A stretch of DNA of 64,000 nucleotides. It comes from an uncultured Acidobacteriota bacterium (lineage in GTDB: Bacteria > Acidobacteriota > Terriglobia > Terriglobales > Acidobacteriaceae). Shown here in pieces: positions 17,201 to 27,223 of the stretch; the first letter of the stretch is position 1, and each line of letters starts with the position of its first letter. The position numbers and the translations under genes were made by a program. The notes beneath the pieces were generated by a model. That model was not told where the DNA came from, ran no database searches, and saw only the letters and a program-made list of their open reading frames with translations. Where the stretch lies: the NCBI GenBank assembly GCA_963838255.1, contig CAWIQL010000003.1:197468-261467 (forward strand), read 5' to 3'.

Positions 17201-17665
17201 CACCTGAAAGGCCAGCGAGCCGCGCCGTTGGCCGTTGAAGTAAAAAACGGCGGAGCAATAAAGCAGGATGGCAGCCAGCCCCAAGCCCAAACGAATCGTG
17301 GGATGCACCTCGGGCAGGAAAACACCGTTCACCAGGTGTCCCTTTAGAGTGAGCAGCGCGAGTGTAACGCCAACCGCTGCCACGACGCCGTCATACCAGC
17401 GGAAGCGATAGGAGCCGCGCATCAGCCGCGTCGACACAAAAATGCACAGCGCCATCGCGACCAGGAAAAGTTCGCTGATCAAAAAGGCGGCCGCCGATCC
17501 CGGGAATGTATCCAGAACGTAATGCAGAGAGTAGGCCGCCCAGGCCAACTGCCACGCTCGGAAGTAAGGCTGCCGGCTCTGTTCGTGCAGATAAGTAAAG
17601 ACGAGGAACAGCAGAACCGAGACAAATCCCGGGATCAAGACCGTCGTGATGAAAACACTATTCAT
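14288..17665 (-). CDS. multi-pass membrane sensor with GAF domains, GGDEF diguanylate cyclase and HD-GYP phosphodiesterase domains
   Basis: 1125 aa. N-terminal hydrophobic helices, a central GAF-like region, RYGGDEFIVLMPETG, and C-terminal VHDVGKIF plus HHQRFDGSGYPDGL. Confidence 0.85.
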   Translation of the reverse strand: MNSVFITTVLIPGFVSVLLFLVFTYLHEQSRQPYFRAWQLAWAAYSLHYVLDTFPGSAAAFLISELFLVAMALCIFVSTRLMRGSYRFRWYDGVVAAVGVTLALLTLKGHLVNGVFLPEVHPTIRLGLGLAAILLYCSAVFYFNGQRRGSLAFQVLAISLALWAVLMAMGQLQSPLGESFVNANRLFGPVPQMLLGIAMVMVLFENQRNAVQENTLALSTLGVDARRLLFAEDLVPNMQAALERLRSALPMERTAIVITERWRGLLPSVQQGFSPAFLDALESSGAGDYICDLAYRHNGIFTVQDLAEMTEPLPLATVGTYAEFKKILTEAEVRHLTAVNLQTREHNFGVILFPHAERRAFGSSGPRLMVGLSLQLGLTLENYVVSHDAHRRTKEYELLTDIGKAISSRLDQDEILRTIQVELGQIFDTTHFYIAFQESEQIRFELEVRDNRVLPKRSRELRNAFTEFVIRNGEPLLIRSDLENTRKDLGISHVPQRPAKCLIAAPILLGNKSCGIMVAMNPDREFVFEQRDLDVLVTAAGQVSVAVENARLFADEQRRSRQLAFLNNVSRTAISSDDPVHMLGEIADEIQKNFSFDHIGIGLLDYGTKEIEIKAEAGVTAHATGRRIPLGTGILGRVARTGERALVQNALPGNLTGILPDSRAVLCIPITYGESLLGVLNIESRGENAFSPQDVLILNTLADLLATALHNAFVFQKLQQQSITDGLTGIKTRRFFWEALSAEWKRASRSGRPFSVVLIDLDKFKQVNDTMGHFEGDLVLARVGRLLEQKSRQSNVVARYGGDEFIVLMPETGSEQAQVLAERLRQWLASDPMLAEHHVTGSFGVASFPMHGFSIEDIIRVADAGMYVSKRSGGNSVSTAQEFVEGQDFARQRQQISAYIEGFLQREHTGPEHLEELTSTLYKLCGGDEDCNVPLLKEAIESLSRAAESRELQTAGHGDLVARYTEVIARGLGLSAEETTDLVYAARVHDVGKIFVAERVLNKPGPLGEEEFLQVRMHAHVGAEIVGSIPHSRMMREAIEHHHQRFDGSGYPDGLRGEEIPLWARIIALTDAYANMVTEQSFSAARTPEQALDELSKMSGTRFDGMLVRLLLRGLKSERAPSSGS

Positions 17666-17845
17666 AATTCACGCGGTTGGCGAAGAGGTCCGGCCATAAA
17701 TTCTGGCCCAGCTCTCGGAGGGGAACGGTGCTTTAATGCTTTCATAACCGGTCCCTCCGACACAACAGAATTTAAGTACATTGGCCTACTTAGACGACCT
17801 TTTGGAATCAGAAGTTTGCAAACAAAATAGTTCGGCATCTCCGGC

Positions 17846-17874
17846 TTGACGGCATTTTTCCACGCCCGTACCAT
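17846..17874 (+). promoter_or_regulatory. putative sigma70-type promoter for gltX
   Basis: TTGACG (17846-17851), a 17-nt spacer, then TACCAT (17869-17874), about 80 nt upstream of the gltX start. Confidence 0.3.
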
Positions 17875-17954
17875 CGAAGTTCATCGAGGGCTCGACCAGG
17901 CCGCCAGTTTTCGATGCGCCCTTTCTTCTGAACCCATGAACCAACTCTGACCTT

Positions 17955-19454
17955 ATGCCCGATTTACTGACTTCTTCTTTGCTGAACCAATCTTCGCTAA
18001 ACCAGCCGCGCGTGCGCTTTGCGCCGTCGCCCACCGGATTTCTACACGTTGGCAGCGCCCGCACATTTATTTTCAACTGGCTGTATGCCCGCCGCAACGG
18101 CGGCACCATGATCCTGCGCCTCGACGATACCGACGTGGAACGCAATACCGACGCCTCGGTTAACTCAATTTTCGACGGGCTGAAATGGCTTGGCCTGAAC
18201 TGGGACGAGGAATACAAGCAGTCCGACCGCGGCGACCTGCACCGGCAGATGGCCGATGCCATTTTTCAAAAAGGACTCGCCTACCGCGACTTCACTCCGG
18301 CGCACACCGGCGACAGCGAGCGCTCCGGCGCACAGGGCACATGGTTATTCAATCCCGGCATGCGCGAACTCTCGCGCGCGGAGAGCGACCGCCGTGCCGC
18401 TGCCGGAGAACGTTTTGCCTTGCGCTTTCGCGTGCCCCGCGACAGCGGGAAGACTGTGCGCTTCACCGATGCCGTTTACGGATTCCAGGAAAAGGCCGGC
18501 GCCGACATTGAAGACTTTGCCCTATTGCGCTCCGACGGCATGCCCACCTATCACCTGGCGTCGTGCGCCGATGACGCCGACCTGCGCATCAGCCACATCA
18601 TTCGCGGCCAGGATCATCTTTCGAATACTTACAAACATGTCTTGATCTTCGAGGCTGCCGGTTTTACCCCGCCGCAGTTCGCCCACCTTCCGCTGCTGGT
18701 CGCGCCCGATGGGACCAAGCTCTCCAAGCGCCGCCACGGCCCGGTCGTGAGCGTCACCACCTATCGCGATGCCGGATTCCTGCCCGAGGCCTTCATCAAC
18801 TTTCTGTGCCTGCTGGGCTGGTCGCCGAAAAACGATCGCGAGCAGATGAGCCGCCAGGAACTGATCGACGCCTTCTCGCTGGAAGGAATCAACCGCGCCA
18901 ACGCCGTGGTGAATTTCAAGGAGCCCGCCACCACGCCCGAAGAAACCTTCGATCCCAAAGCGGTATGGTTGAACGCCGAGCACATTCGCGGCCTGGCCAT
19001 CGAAGACTTGAGCGCACGCCTACTGCCGATTGTCCAAGAAGCCGGTTTCAACATTGCACCGGAAAGAATGCTGCGCATCACGCCGCTCATCCGCGAGCGT
19101 ATCAAGCTGCTGCGCGACGTGCTGACGGCCGCTGACTTTTTCTTCATCGACCGACTGCCGCCCTACGACCCAGCCGAACTAATCCCGCAGAAGGGCGATG
19201 CGGCTATGGCGCTGAAAGTTTTGACGCGGGCGAAGGAAGTCCTACCCAACGTCGAATTCAAACACGATCCGCTCGATCAGGCGCTGCGCGCCGCTGCTCA
19301 GGAACTCGGCGTAAAAGCCGGACAGATGTTCCAGCCGATTCGCGTCGCCGTCTGCGGCCGCAAGAATGCCCCGCCGCTGTTTGAAACCCTGGAAGTGTTG
19401 GGGAAAGAAACCACGCTGCAGCGAATCGAAAAGGCGATTCAGAAAGCTGGTTGA
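17955..19454 (+). CDS. gltX: glutamate--tRNA ligase
   Basis: [23 protein letters not shown] (HIGH-type region), KLSKR (KMSKS-type) and overall GluRS architecture. 499 aa. Confidence 0.92.
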   Translation: MPDLLTSSLLNQSSLNQPRVRFAPSPTGFLHVGSARTFIFNWLYARRNGGTMILRLDDTDVERNTDASVNSIFDGLKWLGLNWDEEYKQSDRGDLHRQMADAIFQKGLAYRDFTPAHTGDSERSGAQGTWLFNPGMRELSRAESDRRAAAGERFALRFRVPRDSGKTVRFTDAVYGFQEKAGADIEDFALLRSDGMPTYHLASCADDADLRISHIIRGQDHLSNTYKHVLIFEAAGFTPPQFAHLPLLVAPDGTKLSKRRHGPVVSVTTYRDAGFLPEAFINFLCLLGWSPKNDREQMSRQELIDAFSLEGINRANAVVNFKEPATTPEETFDPKAVWLNAEHIRGLAIEDLSARLLPIVQEAGFNIAPERMLRITPLIRERIKLLRDVLTAADFFFIDRLPPYDPAELIPQKGDAAMALKVLTRAKEVLPNVEFKHDPLDQALRAAAQELGVKAGQMFQPIRVAVCGRKNAPPLFETLEVLGKETTLQRIEKAIQKAG

Positions 19455-19480
19455 TCGGTAGCAGAATTCGGTTTCGCCCT

Positions 19481-21079
19481 TTAGCTCATCAGCCAGTACC
19501 AGCCAGCGAGAACTGCCGCTACTGCTAGCACGCACTGCACCCAGCGAGAATAGGTTCTGTGCACGGACCCGTCTTCCCCGGTCAAGCGTGACAGCTCAAC
19601 GTAGGGCCTTAGCCCACGCCGGAACCAGCCCTCAACCTCGACCGTCTGGCCGATGAGCGAGTCGGCCGTTCCGATCGCAAAAAGAAAGCGCGCGAACGGA
19701 ACCGTCTGGCGGTAGAGCATGAAAATCATTCCGGAGGCATCGCGCAAAACCAGGTCCGGACTCCAGAAAACGCCGGGCACGCCGCGTCCCACGATCTCGC
19801 CCTGGAGTCGTACGGCCCGCGGACGCATCTGGGATACCTCGGTGTCCTCCAGCAGCGCCGCCACCGATGCGGCCTGAAATTCGCCGCGATATCGATAGGC
19901 CACTCGCAGCAGCCATCCGATCCCGCTGACCATGAGAAGAAACGGGAATGTGTTCGGCGGCAGCGTGAGTGTAAGGCCGAAATAGGCAAGCCATTCCGGT
20001 ATCCATTTTCCGAAGAGCAAAAGGCCGATGCTGACGACCGGCAATCCCCAGACCAATAATTCAATCGGAAACGTTCCCCAATGCACGCGTTGATCGGCGG
20101 GCAGCGGATATTGAATTGCCTGGTGAGATTTCTCCGCCTGCTCGTTCAGGGCGCGCACTCTGAAAGCCGTCAGCGGATGCGTGGAGTTGAGTTCGTAGAA
20201 GCGGGCCCACGGATTGACCAGATCCCAGCGCATGATCGCAGATGCGCTGGCGGGATCGGCCCCGCTCAGAGCGAACGCGGCTCCGGAATGAAGGTTCGAG
20301 ATTCCCATGACCGCCATCGAGCCCGCAATACGGTATTCGCGGTGCATTTTAGTGTCGGCGGTTTTGCGATGCAGCGCCTCTTTGTACTGGCCATCCGCCT
20401 TGACCATGCCGTAGGCAATCTTGATGAGAGCCGAAGACAACGCCTCCGGCGTATGCGTGACCTCGGCTGCATAGTGATCGGCAAAGTACTCGCGGGTGCG
20501 GTTCAACAAGAGAACCACGAACTGGCTCACCCAGTAGCAGACATATGCGCCGTAGGCCAGCGCGCGAAAGTTGCTGATATTCCGGCTGAAGGCGTAGATC
20601 TGGTAGAGCAACAGCGGAACCAGGGCCGCGATCGTCATGACCACGAAATCCCAATGTTCGATGTGCCCGATTTCGTGGGCTAGAACCGAATTGGCCTCAT
20701 CGACGGTGAGGACGTCCAGCAGGCCTTGAGTCACCACCACCCTGGAGTCGCCCGGCGTGTGGCCGAATGAGAATGCGTTGGGAGTCCCGCTGGGAATCAC
20801 GCCGATGCGGGGAACCTTCAATCCGCGTTCTGCGCACAGTCTTTCAATAAACTCACGGTTGCGCGACGGCAGAGCCGGATAAAGATCGTCCCAATGGATC
20901 GAAACGACCATCTCGATCAGCCACGGACCGATCAGATATTGGAAACCCACGAACACGATTGCGAACGCAACCGCGCCCCAAATCGGAATCCCAATCCGCG
21001 CCAGGTAAAGATCTCCGACCGCGAACAGCAGGCCATAGAGGGCGAGGAGAATGAGAATGGACCGCGTGAAGAATTTCAC
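19481..21079 (-). CDS. M48-family zinc metalloprotease (HtpX-like) with long membrane/C-terminal extension
   Basis: HEIGHIEHWD (HExxH). Multiple transmembrane segments. I favour the GTG at 21079 because GGAGG lies 5 nt upstream. The track ORF extends to 21232. Confidence 0.78.
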   Translation of the reverse strand: MKFFTRSILILLALYGLLFAVGDLYLARIGIPIWGAVAFAIVFVGFQYLIGPWLIEMVVSIHWDDLYPALPSRNREFIERLCAERGLKVPRIGVIPSGTPNAFSFGHTPGDSRVVVTQGLLDVLTVDEANSVLAHEIGHIEHWDFVVMTIAALVPLLLYQIYAFSRNISNFRALAYGAYVCYWVSQFVVLLLNRTREYFADHYAAEVTHTPEALSSALIKIAYGMVKADGQYKEALHRKTADTKMHREYRIAGSMAVMGISNLHSGAAFALSGADPASASAIMRWDLVNPWARFYELNSTHPLTAFRVRALNEQAEKSHQAIQYPLPADQRVHWGTFPIELLVWGLPVVSIGLLLFGKWIPEWLAYFGLTLTLPPNTFPFLLMVSGIGWLLRVAYRYRGEFQAASVAALLEDTEVSQMRPRAVRLQGEIVGRGVPGVFWSPDLVLRDASGMIFMLYRQTVPFARFLFAIGTADSLIGQTVEVEGWFRRGLRPYVELSRLTGEDGSVHRTYSRWVQCVLAVAAVLAGWYWLMS

Positions 21080-21230
21080 AAGAGCCTCCAAGAAAGCGGA
21101 GAATCCGGGCCCCAAACATCCCATTTTACTATGGGTTTGCCGGGAGGGGTAGAGATCGAGATTCCGCAGACAGAATAACCAGGGGCGTCTTTCGCTTGAC
21201 GCAATGTACTTTGTAACATAAAGTACATTC

Positions 21231-22866
21231 ATGATCGCACCGGACGAACCTTTCCTTCACCCCATCCCCAAGCGCTGGATCCCCCTCGAAATGACCACCG
21301 CCCCCGTGCTCGACCCCGAAGAACATGGAGCGACGGAACATGGGGTCACGGAACATGGAGGGGCGGATGCCCCCGTTCGCCCGGGCAGTGGCACCACTGC
21401 CAGCCCAGTCGAGCCGGGCGTCCAGCCGAACGTTGAGCAGCACTATGCGCTCCTGATCAATCCTTTCTATCCCAAGGACGCGCACGCTAGCTTTGGCAAG
21501 CATGTGCTCACCCCCACGCTCGCCCTGACCAGCTTCGCCGCGACCACGCCCGCGCACTGGCGCATCGAGTACTGGGACGAAAACCTGCTGCATGGCCGCC
21601 CGCCGCGAAGTCCTATCCCGCAGATCGTAGGTATCACGGTGCATCTCACTTTCGCCCAGCGAGCCTTCGAGCTCGCCGACTGGTATCGCGCCCGAGGATC
21701 GAAAGTAATTTTCGGTGGCCTGCACGTGCTCTCGTGCCCTGACGAATGTGCTCCCCACGCCGACGCGCTCGCCCTCGGCGATGGCGTGCAACTCTGGCCA
21801 CGCATCCTGCGTGACGTGGAAGCGGGAACGCTGCAGCCACGCTACGCCGCTACCTATGAAAATGACTACTGTGACGATCCCGCGCCCCGCCGTTCCATTC
21901 TTCCTCGCCGCAGCTTCCTCACCACGACCAGCCTGATCGCCACTCGCGGATGCCACAACCGCTGCGGCTTCTGTTATCTCGCGACCGACGGCCTGCGCAT
22001 GCCCTACCGCATGAAGCGTCCCGAACAAATCGCCTCCGAGTTTCAGGAAAACGGCCAGCCTTACGCCGTCTTCATCGACAATAATCTCGGCTCGCGCCCC
22101 GACTATCTGCACTCGCTCTGTGCGGCCCTGCGCCCGCTCAACAAAATCTGGAGCGCCCGTCACCATCGACGTCACCGACGATCCCAGCCTGATTCGCCAC
22201 ATGGCACTCGCCGGATGCACCGGAGTTTTCATCGGCTTCGAATCGCTCTCCGACGACAACCTCGCCGCCTCGCACAAGAAGACGCCCAAGACTTCCGACT
22301 ACGCCCGCCGCGTCCGCATCCTGCACGACTACGGCATCCAGGTGAATGGATCGTTTGTTCTCGGCTTCGATCACGACCGCAAAGACGTCTTCGCCCGCAC
22401 CGCCGAATGGATCGAAGAAAACCGCCTGGAGTGCGCCACGTTTCACATCCTCACGCCATATCCCGCGACGCCGCTGTTTCGCCAGATGGAAGCGCAGGGC
22501 CGCATCCTGCACCGTGACTGGACGCTCTATGACACCGGCCACGCCGTCTTCCAGCCCAAGCACATGACACCCGAAGAACTCGAACGGGGCTATGCCTGGA
22601 TCTACCATCGCCTCTTCTCACACGCCTCCATCTGGCGGCGTCGGCCACAACAACTGCAGGCCATCCCGCTCTACCTCGCCATGTCGTATCTCTACAAACG
22701 CTCCAACCGCTTCTGGCACTTGCTGATCAAGCACGACCTGGTCAACCCCGTGTGGAAGCCGCTGGTTGAGATGACGCGCTGGCGCCACGTCCACTACCGA
22801 CGACGGCTCGCTCGGCAAGATTCACGAAGCGCAGCACCCGGCCAAGTCGTGTCAGCAGGAGTGTGA
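21231..22866 (+). pseudogene. B12-binding-domain radical SAM protein, reading frame broken by a 1-nt shift near 22155-22158
   Basis: Frame 0 reads ...ATRGCHNRCGFCY...LNKIWSA and then degenerates into an Arg/His/Pro-rich string. Frame +1 continues VTIDVTDDPSLIRHMALAGCTGVFIGFESLSDDNL...TFHILTPYPATPLF. The junction lies in the run gcgcccgtc. Confidence 0.75.
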
Positions 22867-22997
22867 CGCGCACGTAAACTCGCCGTCGCGTGGAGTCCTG
22901 ACGCACGTGGAGCTTCTCTATACAAATTCTTGAACCAAAGAAAACGGCGGACGTCCGCGAGGGACGTCCGCCGTCAGTTTCTCCGACTGAAGCCGGT

Positions 22998-24722
22998 CTA
23001 CTTAGCCTTAGCCGGCGTGAGCTGCACCGTCGGCAACACGCTGGTTCCCTCAGCCACCACGGCGCTGAGAGACGAAGGATTGATACCCAGGGCTTGCAGG
23101 ATGGTAGGCGCGACCTGCACGGTGCCTACGCCCTCGCGAACCGTCTGGGGTTGGAACGCAGGATTCGACAAGAGCAGAATCACGTTCGTGTCGTCGTGAG
23201 CGAACCCGCCGTGCTCGGCGAGTTTCTTGGTGCTGCCCGAGTAGGTCACGCCGACGTTCGGAGTCACAATAATGTCCGGCGTGCGCGGATCCTGGGTTGG
23301 TTCGTTGTAGTTCAGCGAGAGCGACGGGCCGTAATAAATCTGTCCGAGCTCGATTCCGGCCGATGTGGCATTCGCTTCGAGGATGCCGACGGCGGCCAGC
23401 GTATCGGAAGAATTCGATAGCCATACCAGCGAGACGTCGTCTTCCGTCGGCCCAATGCCGGTAGGGTTATTGGTGGATTCGGACCATGGAATATAGCCCG
23501 CATTGGAGAGCAGAGTGACCGGCGATGTGCCATTGATCAGCTGAGAGACATAGCGGCTGGGGTCGATCGGCGACTGGCCGTGCTTGGCTGTGATCACGAT
23601 CAGAGTCGAATCGTACAGGCCCTGCTTCTTCAGTTCGTTGACGAATGCCCCGATCGAGGCGTCGACAAACTGGAACTCGGTCAGCAGCGCCGCGCCGGGC
23701 GTGGCCGCCGCATCCAGATATCCGCCGGTGGTGGCGTTGCTCTTCTCAATCAGCTTCTGGCCCACGCTCAGCGCTTGAAAGTTCATGCCGAAGATGGTCG
23801 GAACCTGCGTCTGCGCGGTGCCGAGATGGTTCTTGCCATCGATCCAGTTGAGCACCGCATCCACTTTCAGAGTGTCGTAGCACTGAATGTTCTGGAAGCT
23901 GTTGGTCCAGGCCGTCAAGTCGGCGCCGTTATCGAGGATTGGGTCGCAGGCTACGCCGAGAGGCGTGACCACATGCGGCAGAGCGATTACGTTGGAGTTG
24001 ATTTCCGGTCCATAGAAGTCGTTGAGCGCAACCGGCCCCAGACCAGCTGCCACCGCGGAATACGCCGGGTGCTTGTCGGACCACGCTGTGTAGCCGCCAT
24101 TCTGGGAAATGACGCTGAAGATCGTGTTAGCGCGGACGAAATCCCAGGGCCAAACCGGATTGCAGCCATTGTTGGGGTCGCGAATCAGCCGCTTCGGGTC
24201 GATCGACGCGATGCCGCCGTCGGTCAGGGAGGCGCCCGGCGCCCCGCCGTTCAACTTCGTCTGATCGCGGTCAATGCCTTCTTCGTATTCCGACGTGGTG
24301 CCCGTCGGCGCTGCGAAGGGAGTGCACGGACCCGCTCCCAGGCCGTTGCCGGTGGTCACGGCGGGCGCGTCCAAACTCCGGTCATAAGCCACGTCGTAAT
24401 AGATGCCGGTATACGCGGGGCTGCCGCCGGTAACGATCCCTATCAGGCCGGGAAAGGAATCCGAAGTCTTGGTGGTGCTGGCGGCAACATAGTTCACAGC
24501 AGTCTTGCCCAGAGCCGCCAGCGCCGGGCAATACGGTTTGCCATTGTTCACCGTGCTGACGCCGTTGGCGCAGTTCAGATAATCCACTGCGTGCATGCCG
24601 TCGACGCTGATGAGCAAAACGCGCTTGATATTGGTTTTTGGGGTGTTGTTCTGGGCGATTGCAGTGCCGACAGAACAGATCGCTGCGAGGGAGAGCAAAG
24701 CCAGTGTCTTTTTCATAGTCAT
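22998..24722 (-). CDS. alkaline-phosphatase-superfamily enzyme (nucleotide pyrophosphatase/phosphodiesterase-like), secreted
   Basis: Signal peptide MTMKKTLALLSLAAICSVGTAIAQ. VLLISVDGMHAVDYL metal-site motif. ...ITAKHGQSP and LAEHGGFAHDD. The start is at 24722 or 24716. Confidence 0.78.
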   Translation of the reverse strand: MTMKKTLALLSLAAICSVGTAIAQNNTPKTNIKRVLLISVDGMHAVDYLNCANGVSTVNNGKPYCPALAALGKTAVNYVAASTTKTSDSFPGLIGIVTGGSPAYTGIYYDVAYDRSLDAPAVTTGNGLGAGPCTPFAAPTGTTSEYEEGIDRDQTKLNGGAPGASLTDGGIASIDPKRLIRDPNNGCNPVWPWDFVRANTIFSVISQNGGYTAWSDKHPAYSAVAAGLGPVALNDFYGPEINSNVIALPHVVTPLGVACDPILDNGADLTAWTNSFQNIQCYDTLKVDAVLNWIDGKNHLGTAQTQVPTIFGMNFQALSVGQKLIEKSNATTGGYLDAAATPGAALLTEFQFVDASIGAFVNELKKQGLYDSTLIVITAKHGQSPIDPSRYVSQLINGTSPVTLLSNAGYIPWSESTNNPTGIGPTEDDVSLVWLSNSSDTLAAVGILEANATSAGIELGQIYYGPSLSLNYNEPTQDPRTPDIIVTPNVGVTYSGSTKKLAEHGGFAHDDTNVILLLSNPAFQPQTVREGVGTVQVAPTILQALGINPSSLSAVVAEGTSVLPTVQLTPAKAK

Positions 24723-24916
24723 AGGGACCTCTGGCGGAAATGGTATGAAACGCCTCGCGAGTCGAAAGTTACGGCAAGTTAAATTCTTCGTGAAAATTAA
24801 TCCACAGGCTCGATTGCACGGGTACGGCCTCGGTATGAATTCAGGCCAGCGCCGCGCTTCTCGGCGCGAGTGTGAATTGCATATTGCGTTTCGCAAAAGC
24901 GTGACCCTCGTAACGT

Positions 24917-27223
24917 ATGGCGAACAGCGGGGAAAACGCTATGATGAGCTTTCCACACGGAGGCCCAGGGATGGGAAACGCACAAGCTCTCCGCCGGCAG
25001 CGTCTCGGCATTTTCTTCCAATGCATGGCCGTCATGGCCGTGATCGTTTCGTTGGCGGCGGCCGCAGCGGCGCAGGCCACCACCACGGGCCCCACGCCGA
25101 ATCCGTTCGACGACCTGAAAAAATATCCCGGATTGCTGACCGAGTTCGGCCAGCTGATGAAGAAGATGCAGGCCGGCATCCAGCTTCCGCCGCCGCGTGC
25201 GCACAGCTCCCTGTTACCCCTGCTGCCGGAATCGACCCTGGTTTACGCCGCGTTCCCCAACTATGGCGAGCCTGCCCATCAAGCCCTCGCTATTTTTCAT
25301 CAGGAGGAAAAAGACAACCCCGAGCTGCGCGCCTGGTGGGAGCATGTTCAGTCGGGGCAAGGCCAGTCGTCCGCCGACGCGCCCAAAGCCGAGGACGTGT
25401 TCGAGAAGCTTTACCAGCTCTCGCTATACCTGGGTGACGAAATTGTTGTGTCGGGCGGCGCGCCCGCAGGCGGCAAGGATCCGAAAGTGCTGTTTCTGGC
25501 GGAAGTCCGCAAACCCGGCCTGAAGGATTTTCTTCTGCAGATGGAGAAAGAACTCTCTCCCAAATCTCCGGCGTCCGTTCGCATCTTCGACCTGCAGGAA
25601 CTCGCCGCTACCAAAGACGAGATTAGAGGCGAGAGCAAAGACGGAAAAAATAACGATAAGCTCCTGATCCTGGTGCGCCCCGACTACGTCATCGGAGCCT
25701 TCGACCTCGCCGATCTGCGCAGCTTCAATGCCCGGCTCGACAAGAACAATCATGAATTTGCCGCGACTCCGTTTGGCCAGCGCATGACGCAAGCTTACGA
25801 AGGCGGAACCACGGTGGTGGCCGGCGCCGACTTGCAGGCCATCGTGAAACTGATCCCCATTAGCTCCGAGCAGAGCCAGAAGCTGTTTCAGCGCACCGGT
25901 TTTGCCGACGTCAAGTATGCCGTTTGGGAGCACAAGAGTGTGGCCGGCCACGAATCCAGTCAACTGGAGTTGAGCTTCACGGGCCCGCGCCATGGAGTCG
26001 CATCCTGGCTGGCCGCGCCCGGCCCTCTGGGCAGCCTAGATTTTGTTTCGCCCAAGGCAGTCATGTCGGCCAGCATCCGGCTCAAGAGTCCCGCCGAGAT
26101 TCTCGACGACATCACCGAAATTGCCTCGGCTTCCAATCCCAAAGCCCTGTTGCAACTCGGCATGATGGAACAGGGACTCAACATCAGTTTGAAGAACGAC
26201 CTGCTCCGTTATCTCAGTGGAGAGATGACCTTTGAATCCGACGGACTCATCGACAAGGAAGCCGCCTGGCGTGCCATCCTGAAAGTGAGCGAGCCCGACC
26301 ACCTGCAAACCACTTTTACGACCTTGCTGGCTGTCGCTAAGATGACCGCGATCCAGTCTGAAGAAGGCGGCGTCACTTACCACACCTTCCAGATTCCCTC
26401 CGGCCCCAAGACCAAAGACATTGTCTATGCCTTTGTCGACGGCTATCTGCTGATCGGTTCCAGCCGCGAAGCCCTGGCTGAGTCTATTCGCCTGCATCGC
26501 AGCGGCGAGTCGCTGGCCAAGTCGCAGAAGTTTCTGGCGTCATTGCCGCCGGCAAATTCATCCCAAGTTTCGGCGCTATTCTACGAAGACCCGGTCGCCT
26601 TCGGTGCTATGGCCCTGGGCCAGGCATCGCCGGAGCTGGCGGCGTTATTCTCGCAAAAGCCCGGCGAAACTCCGCCTGCCGTGGTCTCAGCGTATGGCGA
26701 AGAAAGCGCGATTCGCGAATCCAGCCGCAGTGGTGGCGTCGACGCCGGTGCCGCTCTGGTCATTGCCGCCATCGCGATTCCCAACTTGCTGCGCGCGCGC
26801 ACCGCGGCCAACGAGTCTTCTGCCGTGGCCAGCGTCCGTTCGGTGAACACTGCGCAGGTCGTCTATATGAGGATGTATCGCGAGAAGGGCTACGCACCCG
26901 ACCTGGCAGCGCTCGGTCCTGATCCGCGAGGAGGGAATGCCGCTGGGCCGGAGCACGCGGGTCTGCTCGACGCAACGCTCGCCGGCGCCACTTGCACCGC
27001 TGGATCCTGGTGCACCAAATCCGGCTACCAGTTCCGCATTGCCGCCAACTGCGGGTTCGGGCGCTGCCAGAGCTACGTAGTCGTGGCCACGCCCGTGAGC
27101 ACCAGCACGGGAGCCAGAAGTTTCTGCTCGACCTCCGACGGAGTCATCCACTACAAAGTCGGCGATCCGCTGACCGCCCGCGTCGACGCCGCCGAATGCC
27201 GCGCCTGGCTGCCGCTTCGGTAG
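24917..27223 (+). CDS. large exported protein with C-terminal pilin-like domain
   Basis: 768 aa. N-terminal hydrophobic signal or anchor. The last about 158 aa (from 26747) read like a mature acidobacterial type IV pilin/pseudopilin: AIAIPNLLRARTAANESSAVASVRSVNTAQVVY...KSGYQF...SFCSTSDGVI. Confidence 0.7.
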   Translation: MANSGENAMMSFPHGGPGMGNAQALRRQRLGIFFQCMAVMAVIVSLAAAAAAQATTTGPTPNPFDDLKKYPGLLTEFGQLMKKMQAGIQLPPPRAHSSLLPLLPESTLVYAAFPNYGEPAHQALAIFHQEEKDNPELRAWWEHVQSGQGQSSADAPKAEDVFEKLYQLSLYLGDEIVVSGGAPAGGKDPKVLFLAEVRKPGLKDFLLQMEKELSPKSPASVRIFDLQELAATKDEIRGESKDGKNNDKLLILVRPDYVIGAFDLADLRSFNARLDKNNHEFAATPFGQRMTQAYEGGTTVVAGADLQAIVKLIPISSEQSQKLFQRTGFADVKYAVWEHKSVAGHESSQLELSFTGPRHGVASWLAAPGPLGSLDFVSPKAVMSASIRLKSPAEILDDITEIASASNPKALLQLGMMEQGLNISLKNDLLRYLSGEMTFESDGLIDKEAAWRAILKVSEPDHLQTTFTTLLAVAKMTAIQSEEGGVTYHTFQIPSGPKTKDIVYAFVDGYLLIGSSREALAESIRLHRSGESLAKSQKFLASLPPANSSQVSALFYEDPVAFGAMALGQASPELAALFSQKPGETPPAVVSAYGEESAIRESSRSGGVDAGAALVIAAIAIPNLLRARTAANESSAVASVRSVNTAQVVYMRMYREKGYAPDLAALGPDPRGGNAAGPEHAGLLDATLAGATCTAGSWCTKSGYQFRIAANCGFGRCQSYVVVATPVSTSTGARSFCSTSDGVIHYKVGDPLTARVDAAECRAWLPLR

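Noticed and set aside
22140-22165. Programmed +1 ribosomal frameshift in the radical SAM gene.
   Set aside because: There is no in-frame stop with an upstream Shine-Dalgarno-like stimulator (RF2-type) and no slippery heptamer at the junction. A 1-nt indel in a C-run is the simpler explanation.
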